A stretch of 64,000 nucleotides of DNA from Amoebidium appalachense (taxonomy: Eukaryota; Protista; Ichthyosporea): positions 2,757,572-2,821,571 of the forward strand of contig CAVNZM010000008.1 in assembly GCA_963693365.1 (NCBI GenBank), in the 5' to 3' direction. The notes beneath the pieces are model-generated. The model ran no database searches. It saw nothing but the letters and a program-made list of their open reading frames with translations, and was not told where the DNA came from. This document shows, piece by piece, positions 43,761 to 56,369 of this stretch. How positions within the stretch are numbered: position 1 is the stretch's first letter; the number at the start of each line of letters is the position of its first letter. The translations under genes and the position numbers were made by a program.

Positions 43761-43793
<33 letters not shown>

Positions 43794-44020
43794 TCAATCC
43801 AATCGACAAACGCAACGTGTTGGGTTTCTTTCCTTCCCCCCCCCCCCCCCCCCCCCCCCCTCCCCTCTCTTGCATACCCACCGACATACATAGCCGCAAA
43901 AGCACATAATACACACAGACACGGTATTTCAATCAGTTTTACATTGCTACAGATGTTTTCTCGATCCTGCACGCTGTTGGCAATTCTCGTCGTTACCGAG
44001 CATGCTCATTGTGTTTAATC
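41440..44020 (+). CDS. Possible multi-exon gene of unknown function (structure tentative)
   Basis: Short non-repetitive blocks with AG/GT ends can be joined: EEARLHFFT / [27 protein letters not shown] (41748-41827) / ALFNECK / PERKRG / [16 protein letters not shown] and CCAAT motifs lie at 41087-41220, and introns are C-rich on +. No start codon or domain was recognised. Confidence 0.3.
42812..42971. mobile_element. Short palindromic MITE-like element (~160 bp)
   Basis: caggaaaatcacgtatcca (42837-42855) pairs 18/19 with tggacacgtgattttcctg (42916-42934). The stem is extended by a flanking G-run and C-run, and there is a third internal copy acgtgattctcctg. Confidence 0.6.
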
Positions 44021-45054
44021 TTGCATTTGTATTCATTACAGTAATATGTGGCCAGTGTTTCCCGTTGATATTTACAGCACACTGTCAGGCTAAGGCATCT
44101 TGTGTATATAGAAAACCTAAATGATAGTCCAAAGCAATTTTTGAAGGAGGAAGTGGTGAAGAAAGCAGGTTCAAGTGCGGGGGTGGTAAAGAAAGAGAAA
44201 GAAGGGGGCAGAGTTGGGAGGGTGGGGGGTGGGGGGGGGGGCGTTTAGAGGTCCAGGGAATGTTTGAAAACGAGGGGGGAGGGGGAGGGGGAGGGAGGGG
44301 GAGGGGGAGGGGAAGGGGGATACGATTGGACCGGGATGGGGGAAATGGCTGGGAAGATATGATCCGAACAGCTCGGGTCTCCCTCCGTTTACACACATAA
44401 CTTTACCCCCCCCCCCCCCCCCCCCCCCCCCCACAAACACACACACACCCATACACACACACACTGACACACACACACACACACAGAAACCTAACCACCC
44501 ACTCATCCACCCACCCACCGGTGCTAATACAAAAGGATATGTCTACACAAAGAAAGTAGTTTCTAATCCTGCCCTCCCCCCCCCCCCCCCCTCCCCCCCC
44601 CCCCCCCTCCTACCCGCCCTTTCCTTCCATCCCAATATACTGTAAAATGCACGCGAACAATTTGCTTAAATCGCAGCCTTTTGCAAATGTTTCTTAGTGC
44701 TATCATGTTCCCTCCGTAACTTTCCTACGTCTGTTCTCCTTACAGTTTGGGGGCACACCTTACGTAGAGTGGGGCTTACACAGTCACACAATCTTTGGGC
44801 AAAACACGCCAATACATAACCCATGAGTCTGCCCACAGCATATCAATCATCAAATCTGAAACAAAGGAAGGGCCGTGTTTAAATTTCATAAAACAACACC
44901 CATCGACTGGCCGCATCGGTGAAGTTCTTTACCGATGTGGTTTGCCAGTTTACATCTCTAGTCAAAAACTTTGTAACCACTGTCAATAGACTTATAAACA
45001 CATAAGTCATTGAATTAATCACAAGAAAATCAGGCAATAAACCTCAAACAACAA

Positions 45055-45760
45055 CTAGTATGAGTGTTCAGCAGTAGCCATGCGTGCCTTCAACACCCGC
45101 TCCCACATCCTCGTTTCTGATTGGGGCATCATCTGTGCCGCAGCCAATCGGTTGAAGCGTACAATGCAGCGATGCAGCCTTTGCAGCATGCTGATTGGTT
45201 GGACGCAGCTACTGGCCGTTCCCTATATGCCAAACATTTGTGGTTATGTTCCTTCTTTTGAAGGGGGAGGGGGGGGGGGGGGAAGGAAGGGGGGGGGGGG
45301 GAGGAGTTTGACTGATGGGGCTGGGTGGAGAGAGTAATGAAAAACTTCTTCAGACCCAAGGAAGGAAGATGGGCACAGTGCCGGCGAGTACCGCACCCCA
45401 AGGTCTAGGCACACACATATTCACACTTGGTGAGGAGGGGCCGGAGGCGGAGGGGGGATGGATTTGGGGCGAAGGGGAATCGGGTGAGTGGTCGCGAGTA
45501 ATGGTGCTGGTTGAGGTGGTGGAGAGAGGAAAATGGCTATATGAAAGGAGGGTGTTGGGGGGAGTGAGGAGGGGAAGGGGGAAAAGGGGGTATCGAAAGG
45601 AATGAGGCAGACGGGAAGTTATGAACTGTGAATGTGTAGTTCTCCCTCTCGTTTTCGGCACTGTGTGTGTGTGTGCTTGTGCGTGTGCGTGCGGGGAAAG
45701 GAAAATATGAGAAAAAAGAGGGGTCTTAATATGAGACGAAGGAAGGTAGCCGGGAAACGC

Positions 45761-45794
<34 letters not shown>

Positions 45795-46283
45795 GGGGAG
45801 GAGAGGGCAGGGCGGTGGTAATAGTGGTAGGGGTGGGGTGGGAATGGGGTGGGGGTTGGAGGGGGGGGGCGGAGGGGGGGAGACGGAGGGCAAAGAGGTA
45901 AGGCACGACAATGTGGGAAAAGGAAGACTGCAAGTGGTAATGGCTGGGCACATAAATACAGATCAAGGTCTTTGCAGCGTGGTCAGAGTGTCCTTCTGGT
46001 TTCCTCAGTGTGAGAATATCGATTTCTCTCCCCCTATTCAAACATATGTTGCGTTTATCTTGTGCAGAACATACCAAACAGAAGATCGAAGGCTTCTAGG
46101 TGGCGGAGGAGGAGGGCCCCCGGGGGGAAGGGGAGAACATTGGAACTAGAACAGTAAAAAACGTCCGAACGTAGATTGTGTGACTTTGTGGTGGCTGACT
46201 GGGATCTCTCGGAGGAACAGGCAGGGTTGGGGTGGGAATGGGCGAAGGGGGGAGGGGGACGAGGGGGGGGGGGGGGGGAGGAA

Positions 46284-46320
<37 letters not shown>

Positions 46321-46794
46321 GGGGGGGGGGAGGGGGGGGGGGGGAGGGGAGAGGGGGGGGGGGGGGGGGGGTCATATGACACGGATAAGGGTTGGGTTTG
46401 TACCTTGCACATTGTTGCCGTCAGACACAACATGAAGGCAGCAAGAGCTTCAAAAGGGTGGGTGGTGGTGTCGGGTAGCGGCAGACCTTCCATATATGGC
46501 AGGTGCTGCATGGCATTGTCCACCTCAAGTATGGCCTCTGTGGTGGAATGTGGTGGAATGTGGTGGAATGTGTCGGAATGGAATGTGGTGGAATGTGGCG
46601 GAATGTAATGGAACGTGATGGAATGAAATAGTGTTCAATGACATCCATTGTAATTGTTGTAACAAATGTCTCTATAAGGTAACATGACACGAAAAATGGT
46701 AACTCTTTCTGTGTGTGTGCGTGCGTGTATGTATTTCACATCCACGTGTATTTACTATGAAGAGTATGGTGCACGTGTATGTATTTCAAGCAGG

Positions 46795-46883
<89 letters not shown>

Positions 46884-47132
46884 GAGGGGTTCGGTGTGCT
46901 GTGTGTGCATGTGAATACGTCTACATATGCACCTGCGTGTGTGCGCATGTACATGCGCAAGTGTGTGTGTGTGTGTGTGTATGTGCGAGTGTATGTATAA
47001 TGATGTACGTGTGCACATGCACGTGGGGTCTGTGTGCTTATGGATGTGTGTGTGAGTGTGCGTAAGCGTGTGCACATGTGCATGTGGGTGGGTGGGTGGG
47101 GTTGAGCTGGGTGTGGGGGTTGGGGGTTGGGG

Positions 47133-47166
<34 letters not shown>

Positions 47167-47890
47167 GGGGGTGCAACACACCCACAGCCGTGATGGTGTC
47201 CTCATTCAGCCCACCCGTCAGCTTACACAACACACGTGCCATTTTTAGGAAAATCCACGCAACTGGCACACCCGAAAAGGGGCCAGCCTCTCTTCCGCGT
47301 TTCTTGATTGGAGTAACACGGGTTATGGGTGGGTATGGTGTTGCCATATATGGAAGGGGAGGAGGGATGGTGATTGGTTGGTCGTTCGCGGAGAATCCTC
47401 TGGCGTCTTCGAGCAGCATAGTCTCGAGGATGGTGTGATGTTTACCCAATGGGATCACGTGATCTTTCTTGCTGACCAATAGGAAATCGGCAACAGCAGG
47501 CAGATTTGGGATTGTGGGGTGACTTTCCGCATTCTTTGTATCTACAAATTTTGAACGTGTGGCCTTCCCGTTTATCTCGAACTGGGTCAAATGACGCGCT
47601 TTATTCAACGCACCAACGCTTTGTGCCGTTGTTTTGTGCGTGTGAACATGCTCTGTTTTTGGCGTGTTTTCTTCCTCGCGGATGGGTGGATACGCGGCCT
47701 GATAGCGGCTTGCCTGTGGCATCATCCCCGGATGTGTTAGTCAATTGTCTACGAACACTAGGCATGGCTGTGTGTGTTTCTGTGTGCGTGTGCGTGTGTT
47801 TGTGTTTGGGGGTGGGGTGAGGGGTTGGGGGTAGGGGGGAGGGTGGAGGGGGTGAATGGGTGGGTGGGCGGTGGTGGTGGTGGTGGTGGT

Positions 47891-47940
<50 letters not shown>

Positions 47941-49244
47941 GGGCCAGGGGGCAGGCACATCAATGGGCAATGGGTATGTAAGAGCTGTGCTGCTTATTTT
48001 CATACTGTAAAGCTTTCGGAAAAAAGGGCACGGGGCAAAGGAGGAAGGGGAGGGGGGGAAGGGGGAGAGGGGGGGGGATTGGGATGGGTTGGGTTGGGTT
48101 GGGGGCCATGGGAGTTGAATTGTAAACAGCTTTTGTTTAGAGTTAACAACTCCAGTCTAGGTACTGTTACATAAGAAGCCGGAAGATTGCAACTGTTTCT
48201 AGAGACAAGCTATAAAATGTAATGCCTATATTTGGTTTCTACCTTTGCTGATCTGCGGCTGGTCCCCAGCCAGGCCTTGCTGATGATGGAGTCCCTCTCA
48301 AACGCATCCCTACTGTTTTCATGCAGCCACCGGGCCACACTACTCGTAGGCAACAGCATAATTGCCTGTAGCTCGGAGTCAGATAGTATAGAACTGTGAG
48401 TAGAAGAACAAAGGTATGCTATTGTTGTGCAATCTATTACGACCGGCACACTACCCCTTCTTTAAAGTCGCATGCACACAGTGAGCGCCGAGGTGGAAGG
48501 AAAAGTTAGGCTTGGTTGTCCCAAGGCCGATCGATACCGGCTTGCAGGCTAAGTACCTGGGTGCCCCAAAGATTCAGGCACAACCACCACGGTGACCGAT
48601 GAGCAGCATGGTTCCTGTTTGCATGCTCTCAACAGCACATGTTTTGAAATTCGCACACGTGTATATGCACGTGTTGCATGTACGTGACACGAGGCCCCTA
48701 GAATAAGGTTAAGACTATCCGTGAATCATAAAGCCTTACGCGAACCAAATATTGAAACGACCACTAATATTAGACTCGCTGCAACAGCTGCTCGTGTCTG
48801 CTATTAAGCACAAAACACGGTGCCTGACACGTGCACACAGGACATTGACAAATGATGATGCATGCTTGATCAAACGCTGCAGTTAGGCATGCATTTGAGT
48901 CTTATAAAGACGTGTGTAAGTGTAAGAAGTGTAGACAGAAGTATAAAGTTCTGTGCGTGCGTACATAGCATGTGTCAGCACGTGGCAATATGTTGTGCAA
49001 GATACCCAACAGATGTTGCAAATGGTGTACAAGACAATACGGTAGCAAGTAACATGACACATGCATCCTCAGCTAACAGCCCCAGGCTTCCAGGCCTTTT
49101 ACGTGATGTAAAGTAGGTGCGTGCGTGCGTGTGTGTGTGTGTGCGTGCGTGTGTGTGTGTGTGTGTTGTGTGTGTGTGTGTGTCTGTGTGTGTGTGTGTG
49201 TGTGTGCGTGCGTGTGTGTGTGTGTCTATATATATATGTGTGTT

Positions 49245-49292
<48 letters not shown>

Positions 49293-49299
49293 GGGGCCC

Positions 49300-49338
<39 letters not shown>

Positions 49339-49440
49339 GCCGGTAACGGTGATATCGATGGTGGTGGTGGCGGGGGGGGGGGGGGGGGGGGGGAGGGGGG
49401 AGGAAGGGGTTGGGGGGAGCTTTCCGGGGGGAAAGGGGGG

Positions 49441-49478
<38 letters not shown>

Positions 49479-50747
49479 GGATGGAAACAAATTAATACGG
49501 CAGGGGCCAGGCAAGAAGAACATGATGGGCCGAACATTTGTCATATTGAAGAACAGATCACACGTACCGTATCTGGTTAGGAGACGGCCGGCACCCCAAC
49601 AAACCTGCGCATGCAAAGGTCAAATGAACGGTGCGGGTCCACGGGGATAGCAAGTGTCACAGATATGGTAAAGTTCTCGGGTAAAGTTTGTGTGAAAACT
49701 GCGGCTTAAAGGGCAAAGTGGGAGGTAGACAGGAGAGCCCAACACATATGCATGAGTGTTCGTGATACATGTGCAGGATGAGATCTAGAGGCTGGTTGCA
49801 TTTACACTACAAATGTATGTAGGTGTACATAGGTGTGGCAGTGGCTTCCTCAGGTGGATCTGGAAGGAATGTATCGGATCGCTAAGGACTTAAAGGGATG
49901 ACGTGGTATGCAGTTGCCCTTATCATATAAACAGCTGATTGGTGTTCCAAGGGTTTCAATTTTCAAAATACAAAATCTACCTTTTGCATTCCTGATTAGA
50001 TGCCTTATTAGCCTAGATGGAAATGGCGCTTCAAGCACGCCGCCGGTCTGCAGTCACCGCCCACTGTGGGACGGTCACACCAGGCCGGACATCGACACCG
50101 TTGGACCGTCGACTCACTAACGAAAAGCTGTTGACACAGCATGGGCCCAATTGTTGCAACCGTCTGCCCACATTTAAATTTGAGTTGTTATTAGTGGTGC
50201 CGGGCCTGCCGGCCGCATGAAGTTTTCCCGCATGAAGACCTTAGCTTGCCAGAAAGCTCCGGGTAGCACGTGTACACATGTGTACACAGTGGTACACGCA
50301 CGCATTTTCCCTCTTTATCTGCATGGATGCGCGTACATGCGTATTGGCGGCAGTGTCACGAATAAAATACCCCGCTGCACAATGTCAGGGACACGCGTAC
50401 ATGTACATGATGCATGTGACCGTCGCTGATATCGAACGTGTACAGTTTCGAATCCGGATACACCAGGAATGCATATGGTACAGCTATATATCGCTGCAGA
50501 ATGCACAATACAATTCGTAAACGGCCGCCACATGCACATGTGCCAACTCACGTGTGCGAGCTCGAGAGTTGGCGGAATGAGAGGCGCTTGTACGGGCTCT
50601 GCTGGCTACTCGAAAACGAGTTTCACCTCTGCTGTGGCAATGTTGTGAAATATTATGCAGTAGCTCGTGCACTGATTGATACGGAAGACTAATCGACTTC
50701 CAACACCGTGTTTTGAACAGAGCTACTACGGTAGAGTAAGATGCCAT
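45055..50747 (-). CDS. Multi-exon protein of unknown function
   Basis: Protein-like exon blocks with splice signals: [16 protein letters not shown] (50747), [22 protein letters not shown] (~50040), [20 protein letters not shown] (~49090), [11 protein letters not shown]...[14 protein letters not shown] (~48240-48450), a ~550-nt exon at 47185-47735, [14 protein letters not shown]...LAAFMLCL (~46403-46538) and terminal [15 protein letters not shown]...MATAEHSY* (TAG 45055-45057). No family was recognised. Confidence 0.55.
46541..46628. repeat. (TGGAATG/TGGTG)n simple repeat abutting a 3' splice site
   Basis: gtggtggaatgtggtggaatg... reads CATTCCACCA on the sense strand, directly before CCACAG|AGGCC. 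Confidence 0.75.
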
Positions 50748-50873
50748 GCGGTACAAGTACGTGCATGTCGGTACACGGATATGTTTAGGAGCACGGCCGT
50801 TGTAGAACTCTATGACTTTCTATAATAAAATTGAAAGAGATATCATACATGGCCCTGAGCGCCGCGGCCGCGC

Positions 50874-50919
50874 GGCGCCTCTTTCGTCGCACTACTACAA
50901 TGGCGCCTCTTTCGTCGCA
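50874..50919. promoter_or_regulatory. Duplicated 18-bp GC-rich motif in a divergent promoter region
   Basis: ggcgcctctttcgtcgca occurs at 50874-50891 and 50902-50919, ~130-170 bp upstream of the ATG at 50747. Confidence 0.4.
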
Positions 50920-52044
50920 AGTGGGCCCTACGTCAGGTGTGGCACAAAGGCACTGACATTGTTTTGGTGGCAGCGATTTGCTGCTCGCACAATAAGATTG
51001 GCTTAACTTTTCTACAAACCACCAACTATTGGTCTAAACACAAAACTAAACATGATGCGTCATTTGATTCGTTAAACATCATGTAGTAATCTGTCTACAA
51101 ATTGATTACGTTATCACTGACAATCACCACCAGTGCACGTACGAAGTTGTCAAAGAAACATGCTACAATAGAATCATTCCGATGCCTGTTATTGTAGCTC
51201 TACCGTAGAAATACTTTTTTTTTTTTTGTCACAGGCCACAACTGGGTTACATTCGAGCTAATAAGCGAGCTAAGTAGCGCCGCACAGCTGGCAGTTTGAT
51301 ATATGTTGCAGTCACCCTTAGTTTCGGAAAAATGCGACGCCGCATGCTGAACATGCATATGCTAGCCTCAGGCTCCTCAGGAGTCAAGATGGTTTCTTTC
51401 ATGCTTAGAGGGATCTACATACTGTAGGTTGTGCGGTTTAAGAGTACCGTATACAAATTTTATGACTCCCCTATTTATATCTCGCACCTACACATTTACT
51501 ACAAATAGTGGCCGACGCTGCCTTCCGATGTCACGGTCACAGTGACAGCCCACTCATGCATCTGCATCGCTGTACAATTGAATACGCTGATTGGTCAAGC
51601 GAGCATCAGCTTTTGACCAATGAGCAAATCACGTGTGTTTTGAGGAATGGTCAAAAGCAAGTGACGCAAATTCAAATTTAAGAAGCTTTACTATCATGCT
51701 AAAATGTAACTAGCAATATACAAAAATTAATAAAGGCCTATAACATTTGTAATCAGCATTTTGATGGTACTCTGAGTCAGGGTGAGACCATCACGGAATT
51801 CAGTGACGTAACGGTAACAAGATGACAGACTCTTGAGAATTTGAAACACGCATAAAGCAGAACACTGTAGCAGTGGGAACCACACAAAAACATTTTACAA
51901 AACCTTTACAACTGTCTGACAAAAAGAGAAATAAAGTTATTATCCCTTGGGCCACATGAGTGGCAGGTTTTACCTTTTGAAGCATCAAATTACTAACTCA
52001 CAGTAGCGATATAGCTGATACATAATATTAGTAGCATCGCCAGA

Positions 52045-52632
52045 ATGTCTCCACACAAGAGAAAGTCCAAGTTTCTCAGGTTTCTAGGCCGGTTATGTGG
52101 CAGTAACGCAAGCGAGCTGGAAACAATAAGTCCAGAGACTACACCACAACTACGAACTCGCAGCTCTGAACTTGAAAGAACGCGCAACGGTTTGAGACAA
52201 GCAGATTCGTCCGTACAATCGAACTCCAAAGACCCGGCGAAACCTGCCTCCTTTTCAGTAGTTAACCCCACGTCTCCCCGGTGCACCGAAAACAAAGGTA
52301 AACAGCCAGCGCTTACACGTAGCTTAAAGAAACTTTTGGTAAGGGAAAAGAAGAAGGATGAGTGGAGAATTCCTCGTGGGCGAAAACCGGTTATGGGTAT
52401 GGAGCTGGTCGTTGTCCGGTCATTTTGCCCCGTGCAATTTGATGAGCTTCCTCTGCACGTCGGTGATCGCGTTTTCGTTACATCAGATGCTGTGAACGGG
52501 GGTTACTGGCAAGGTGAGATAGGCGGTGTTGTTGGTTATTTCCCACCTGACTATACGAAAGTTATAAAGCTGCCTGAGAGGCAACCTTATGAGCGATCAC
52601 AGGCAGAGTTGAGTAACACCAATTTTTCATAG
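52045..52632 (+). CDS. Single-exon SH3-domain protein (195 aa)
   Basis: The C-terminal VVRSFCPVQFDELPLHVGDRVFV...GYWQGEIGGVVGYFPPDYT fits the SH3 consensus (EL-x-L-x-x-GD, W-x-G, G-x-FP-x-x-Y). The N-terminus is disordered and basic. Confidence 0.85.
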   Translation: MSPHKRKSKFLRFLGRLCGSNASELETISPETTPQLRTRSSELERTRNGLRQADSSVQSNSKDPAKPASFSVVNPTSPRCTENKGKQPALTRSLKKLLVREKKKDEWRIPRGRKPVMGMELVVVRSFCPVQFDELPLHVGDRVFVTSDAVNGGYWQGEIGGVVGYFPPDYTKVIKLPERQPYERSQAELSNTNFS

Positions 52633-53111
52633 AGATCGTCTCACGTCTTCCGAAAAACCACAAGTGCACATACCATCCTGCTAACAGGCCTGTAAATAGA
52701 GGTGACGGGTAGCCACATATTCTTCAAAATGTATTGATGTTTGCGCAATTTGCTGGACATGGTGTGTCTACACAACCAGGTGCGTCGCTGTCGACGAGCT
52801 AATCTTTAGGCCAAGACTTTATACAATAGACATCAGAATATACGTAGCAGCGCTACCTACAGTGGTTGTAACATAGCCTCGTCAGAATTGAACTCATGCG
52901 CACATGCGTGTATGTCATAGTGTAACGAAGGGATCCGATGTGTAAAATAAAATGGTTGCAGCAAAATTCAATATAGCTACATTCATACACACCACCTGGC
53001 AGGCTCCAGTAAACAAACTTAAACTTGGGCTCAGTTTACTTGCCTTCCCCTCCCCGACTTCATGTTTCCCCACATTCCCAACTTGTGCTGTGTGCCTATG
53101 CACTACTACTC

Positions 53112-54142
53112 TCACTCGCCCATCAGTTCACGGAGCACTTCATCTGTAGTGCGCCTCCTACAAAACCCCTTTATGTGCTCTAGCGAGATATCGTGTCTCT
53201 CCTGTGTGTATGTGGCACAAGCATCAGTAACACAAGTGACAAGGTAGCCAAGATCACATGCATCACGCACAGCACTATTTACGCATTGATCTGTCAGCAA
53301 CCCGCAGATGATCAGGTAGCGTACACCCAAATTTCCAAGCACATAGTGGATGTTTGTTGAAATGAAAACCGAACACGAGGTCTTGGGAAAGACCATCTCG
53401 TCTTCTTCTGGTGCTAGTATGTCGGGCATCTTGGCGTCGTGCGATCCCCTGTAAAAGAGAGGGTTGAGATGTGAGTAAGCAGAGAGAAACACAGGCAAAC
53501 TAGTGAAGAAGGACCACGGGACAAAAGAGAGGTTAAAAAGCGGCCTGGACATGGTGGAACGTTGAGAGTCGGAATAAATTGTCAGCAAAAGAGAGAAGGA
53601 TATATCCTAAAGGTGGAGCGCGCGAGGGTAAACGTGTCTGAGGTGGGGGGAGAATATTGAACCGAAAGAGAAGAACGATGTTTTTGTTTGTTTGTTTTAA
53701 ACTTTCAGCCGTTGTTTTCGGAAAGGCGGGAGCGGGAAAGGGGGGGAGAGAGGAAAAGGAACATGCGAAGGGAGAAACAGCGAGGAAAGGTTGATAAGTG
53801 TATTTGAGGGGGTGGGGCAATTGGGAATACTTCAAACCTATCCTAATGGTGACCGCAAGTAACACAACGGGGAGAGAGGGTGGGAGTAAGGTAGGGGCCG
53901 GGACGGAGGGCAGGAGGAGGGGAAGGAGAAGTGGAAGAGCAAAAGGCAGTGCGAGAGATTGGAGGGGTCATAGGCGGCTTTGGACGTGGAATGGGAGGGA
54001 GGGAGGGAGAAATTGAGGGCGAAGGAAGATAAAAAAGGAAATAGTAAGCCAACCAGGCTGTACGCATTGCCAGCTGTTGCAAGTAGGAGCTAGGCAGAGT
54101 CCTCGTGGGCGGGGGGTTAGGAGAGAGAGAGGGGGGAGAGGG

Positions 54143-54178
<36 letters not shown>

Positions 54179-54560
54179 GGGGGAGTGCGCGTCCATGTAT
54201 ACGGGAGTTGAAAGCTCACTTTGTCACATTTATGCCGCTCAGTCTGTAGTCCAGGCTCCTGTCCCTCCCATCCTTCGTCATGCTCTCAATCACCGTATAA
54301 GTCACCTCCACACCACTCTCCCTGCATGCATCTCGCAGCCTAACCATATTAGGCAACACCGTGTCGTTTAACGTTTTGAAAAAGTACCCATTCTTCTCAA
54401 CAGCCTCTTGAGCACTTGCGCAATCATCGTAACAACCTCCCGTTGGCAGCACGGAATAATTCTGGACGTCGACAAAGAGAATGGCTGCTTCCGAGGGTTC
54501 AATGGGCACCTCGCGAGACTCAGGAAAAGAGCGCTTCTGACGTTTGGTTTGGCTTTCCAT
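53112..54560 (-). CDS. Isochorismatase-family cysteine hydrolase; exons 54560-54220 and 53448-53112
   Basis: Catalytic triad motifs are present: AILFVDVQN (Asp), FPKTSCSVF (Lys) and GLLTDQCV (Cys), plus VRDACDLGYLV and VTDAC. A single phase-2 GTGAGC...TTTTACAG intron restores the frame (VTK|GSHD). Confidence 0.92.
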
Positions 54561-54863
54561 CTTTGCGTAACCACAACAACGTTGGAGCCAACTTGAAAAG
54601 GGCTGTGAGCTACTTATGCTTGGATTATTTGGGAGGCAATGCGCGCGCAGGCGAACCTCCGTGGCGACTGCTGCAGCTGACTCAGTGTCCTACTTCTGAC
54701 GAGGAAAAAGAAATGAAACCGCAAAAAAAGAAGTGAGGGCCGAAGTATCGATGGCATAGTGGCTCACCTAGGTTAGCCATTATAGGTTAGCATACGTCAC
54801 TTATGATTGGCGCCGATGCCTCAACGTATGCATATGCGTAAACAGAGATATTGTGTACAATAT

Positions 54864-55342
54864 CACCTGCGGGGGAATAGCATTATTACCACGGCCATCC
54901 GGTCCAGAAACAACCTACATGGCCGTGCATTATTACCCACAGGTGAGTTGTAGGTGAATCACCTGCGGGATCTTGTTTTTGTAGGTTCGGGTCGAGGTGG
55001 AGCGGTGGGACTCGAAATGTCAGACAAACAAAAAAAAAATTTTCGGTTGGCGACCTTTTTGTAATTAATGATAGGGCCAATTGGCAGTCTCTTTTACTTA
55101 CAGACTGTGTTTGATAGTAGCGAGATGAGGATAACAGTGGCGGCGTATCTGAAATGGACAGAACTTAAATTTGCATAAACTTTTGCATAGCTTTGCATTA
55201 GCTTTATTTAGGTATACCAAAAGTTTTATTCTGTGCTTTGTGGGCGGCTGGACAGCGGCTGTGCCGCCTAGAAAAAATTAAAGTGTTGTTATATCAGATT
55301 ATAGCAGGGTAACAGGGTTTCGGGTGAGCCGTCCGAGCTGTG

Positions 55343-55382
<40 letters not shown>

Positions 55383-55940
55383 CCCCCCCCCCCCCCCCCC
55401 CCTCCTCCCCCCCCCTCCCCACCCCCCCACACACACAAACCTATGGGCAGAAAAAAATCCAAATGTCCGGTCACCTACAGTCAACTACGGGTATATAATT
55501 GTATAATGGTACATACAAGGTATCTACATGTACAGGTACCTACAGGCACTAGTGGTAAGCGTTGCAGTTGCCTACAGGTTTAAATGGCATGTATCTACAA
55601 CTTACACCCATTGACAAACAATGAAACAACCGATACCCATTGGAACAAAGAATCGTAGAGCCCTGTTACATTAGCTACGTACAGGTAACAAACAGGTACC
55701 TACCTGGTAGGTACCCGCGGGTAATTGTAGTGAACCATAATGTTTTCAGACGTTTAATTAAGCCAGATTTCCCCTCGTTACTGCGGGTAGTTGTAGGTAC
55801 CCACAGGAACCTGTAGGAACTGGTACCTACAGGTTGCTCGAATGTGTCACCCGTTTGTCTACCTTCAGGGGGGAATTGTTACCAACAGGTAACCTGGAGG
55901 TCATTACCTGCAGGAGTGTGCGGGTATTCCCCGGCTGGGG
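54864..55940. mobile_element. Non-autonomous TIR DNA transposon, CACTA/EnSpm (CMC)-like, ~1.08 kb
   Basis: tatcacctgcgggggaata (54861-54879) matches the reverse complement of tattccccggctggggata (55925-55943) at 16/19. The ends read CAC.../...GGG with an AT dinucleotide on both sides. There are many subterminal (t)acct(a/g)c(a/g)gg(t) repeats and no ORF. Confidence 0.6.
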
Positions 55941-55989
55941 ATAGCTCTCGCATATGATCAACTCTACACACTACATTGGTCGACACATC

Positions 55990-56369
55990 CACGCACCCCG
56001 GTTATGCGAAAAACCGAGGCATTATTGTACTTGCCGCGCCACACCGTGAGAGTGAAGTGCAAACCGGTAGAAAAAACGGAATTCTCGGTTACTATAGAGT
56101 TTCTTTCTAATGTTATACTTTTGTATATTACCCACCATCTATGTCGGTTGCCGAATTGACTCACGAGTTGTCACAGTTACCAATATCCACTGTTATTTTA
56201 GGTGATTATAACACGCGACTCCACCACACAGACTCACTGCAAGTGAGTGTCTGGTACCCATCTAAGCCCCCGGAGCGCGCTACCCTTTTAGCAAGGTATG
56301 TTCAAAGTCACACTTTGCGGTTCCCTCAAATATCCCATGCCCACAACACCGACTGGGGAGTGGCCTTTT
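55990..56369 (+). pseudogene. LINE AP-like endonuclease fragment
   Basis: VYYPPSMSVAEL...STVILGDYNTRL contains the Y-x-PP and ILGD(F/Y)N motifs of non-LTR APE endonucleases. It is interrupted at 56370 by the LTR. Confidence 0.65.
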
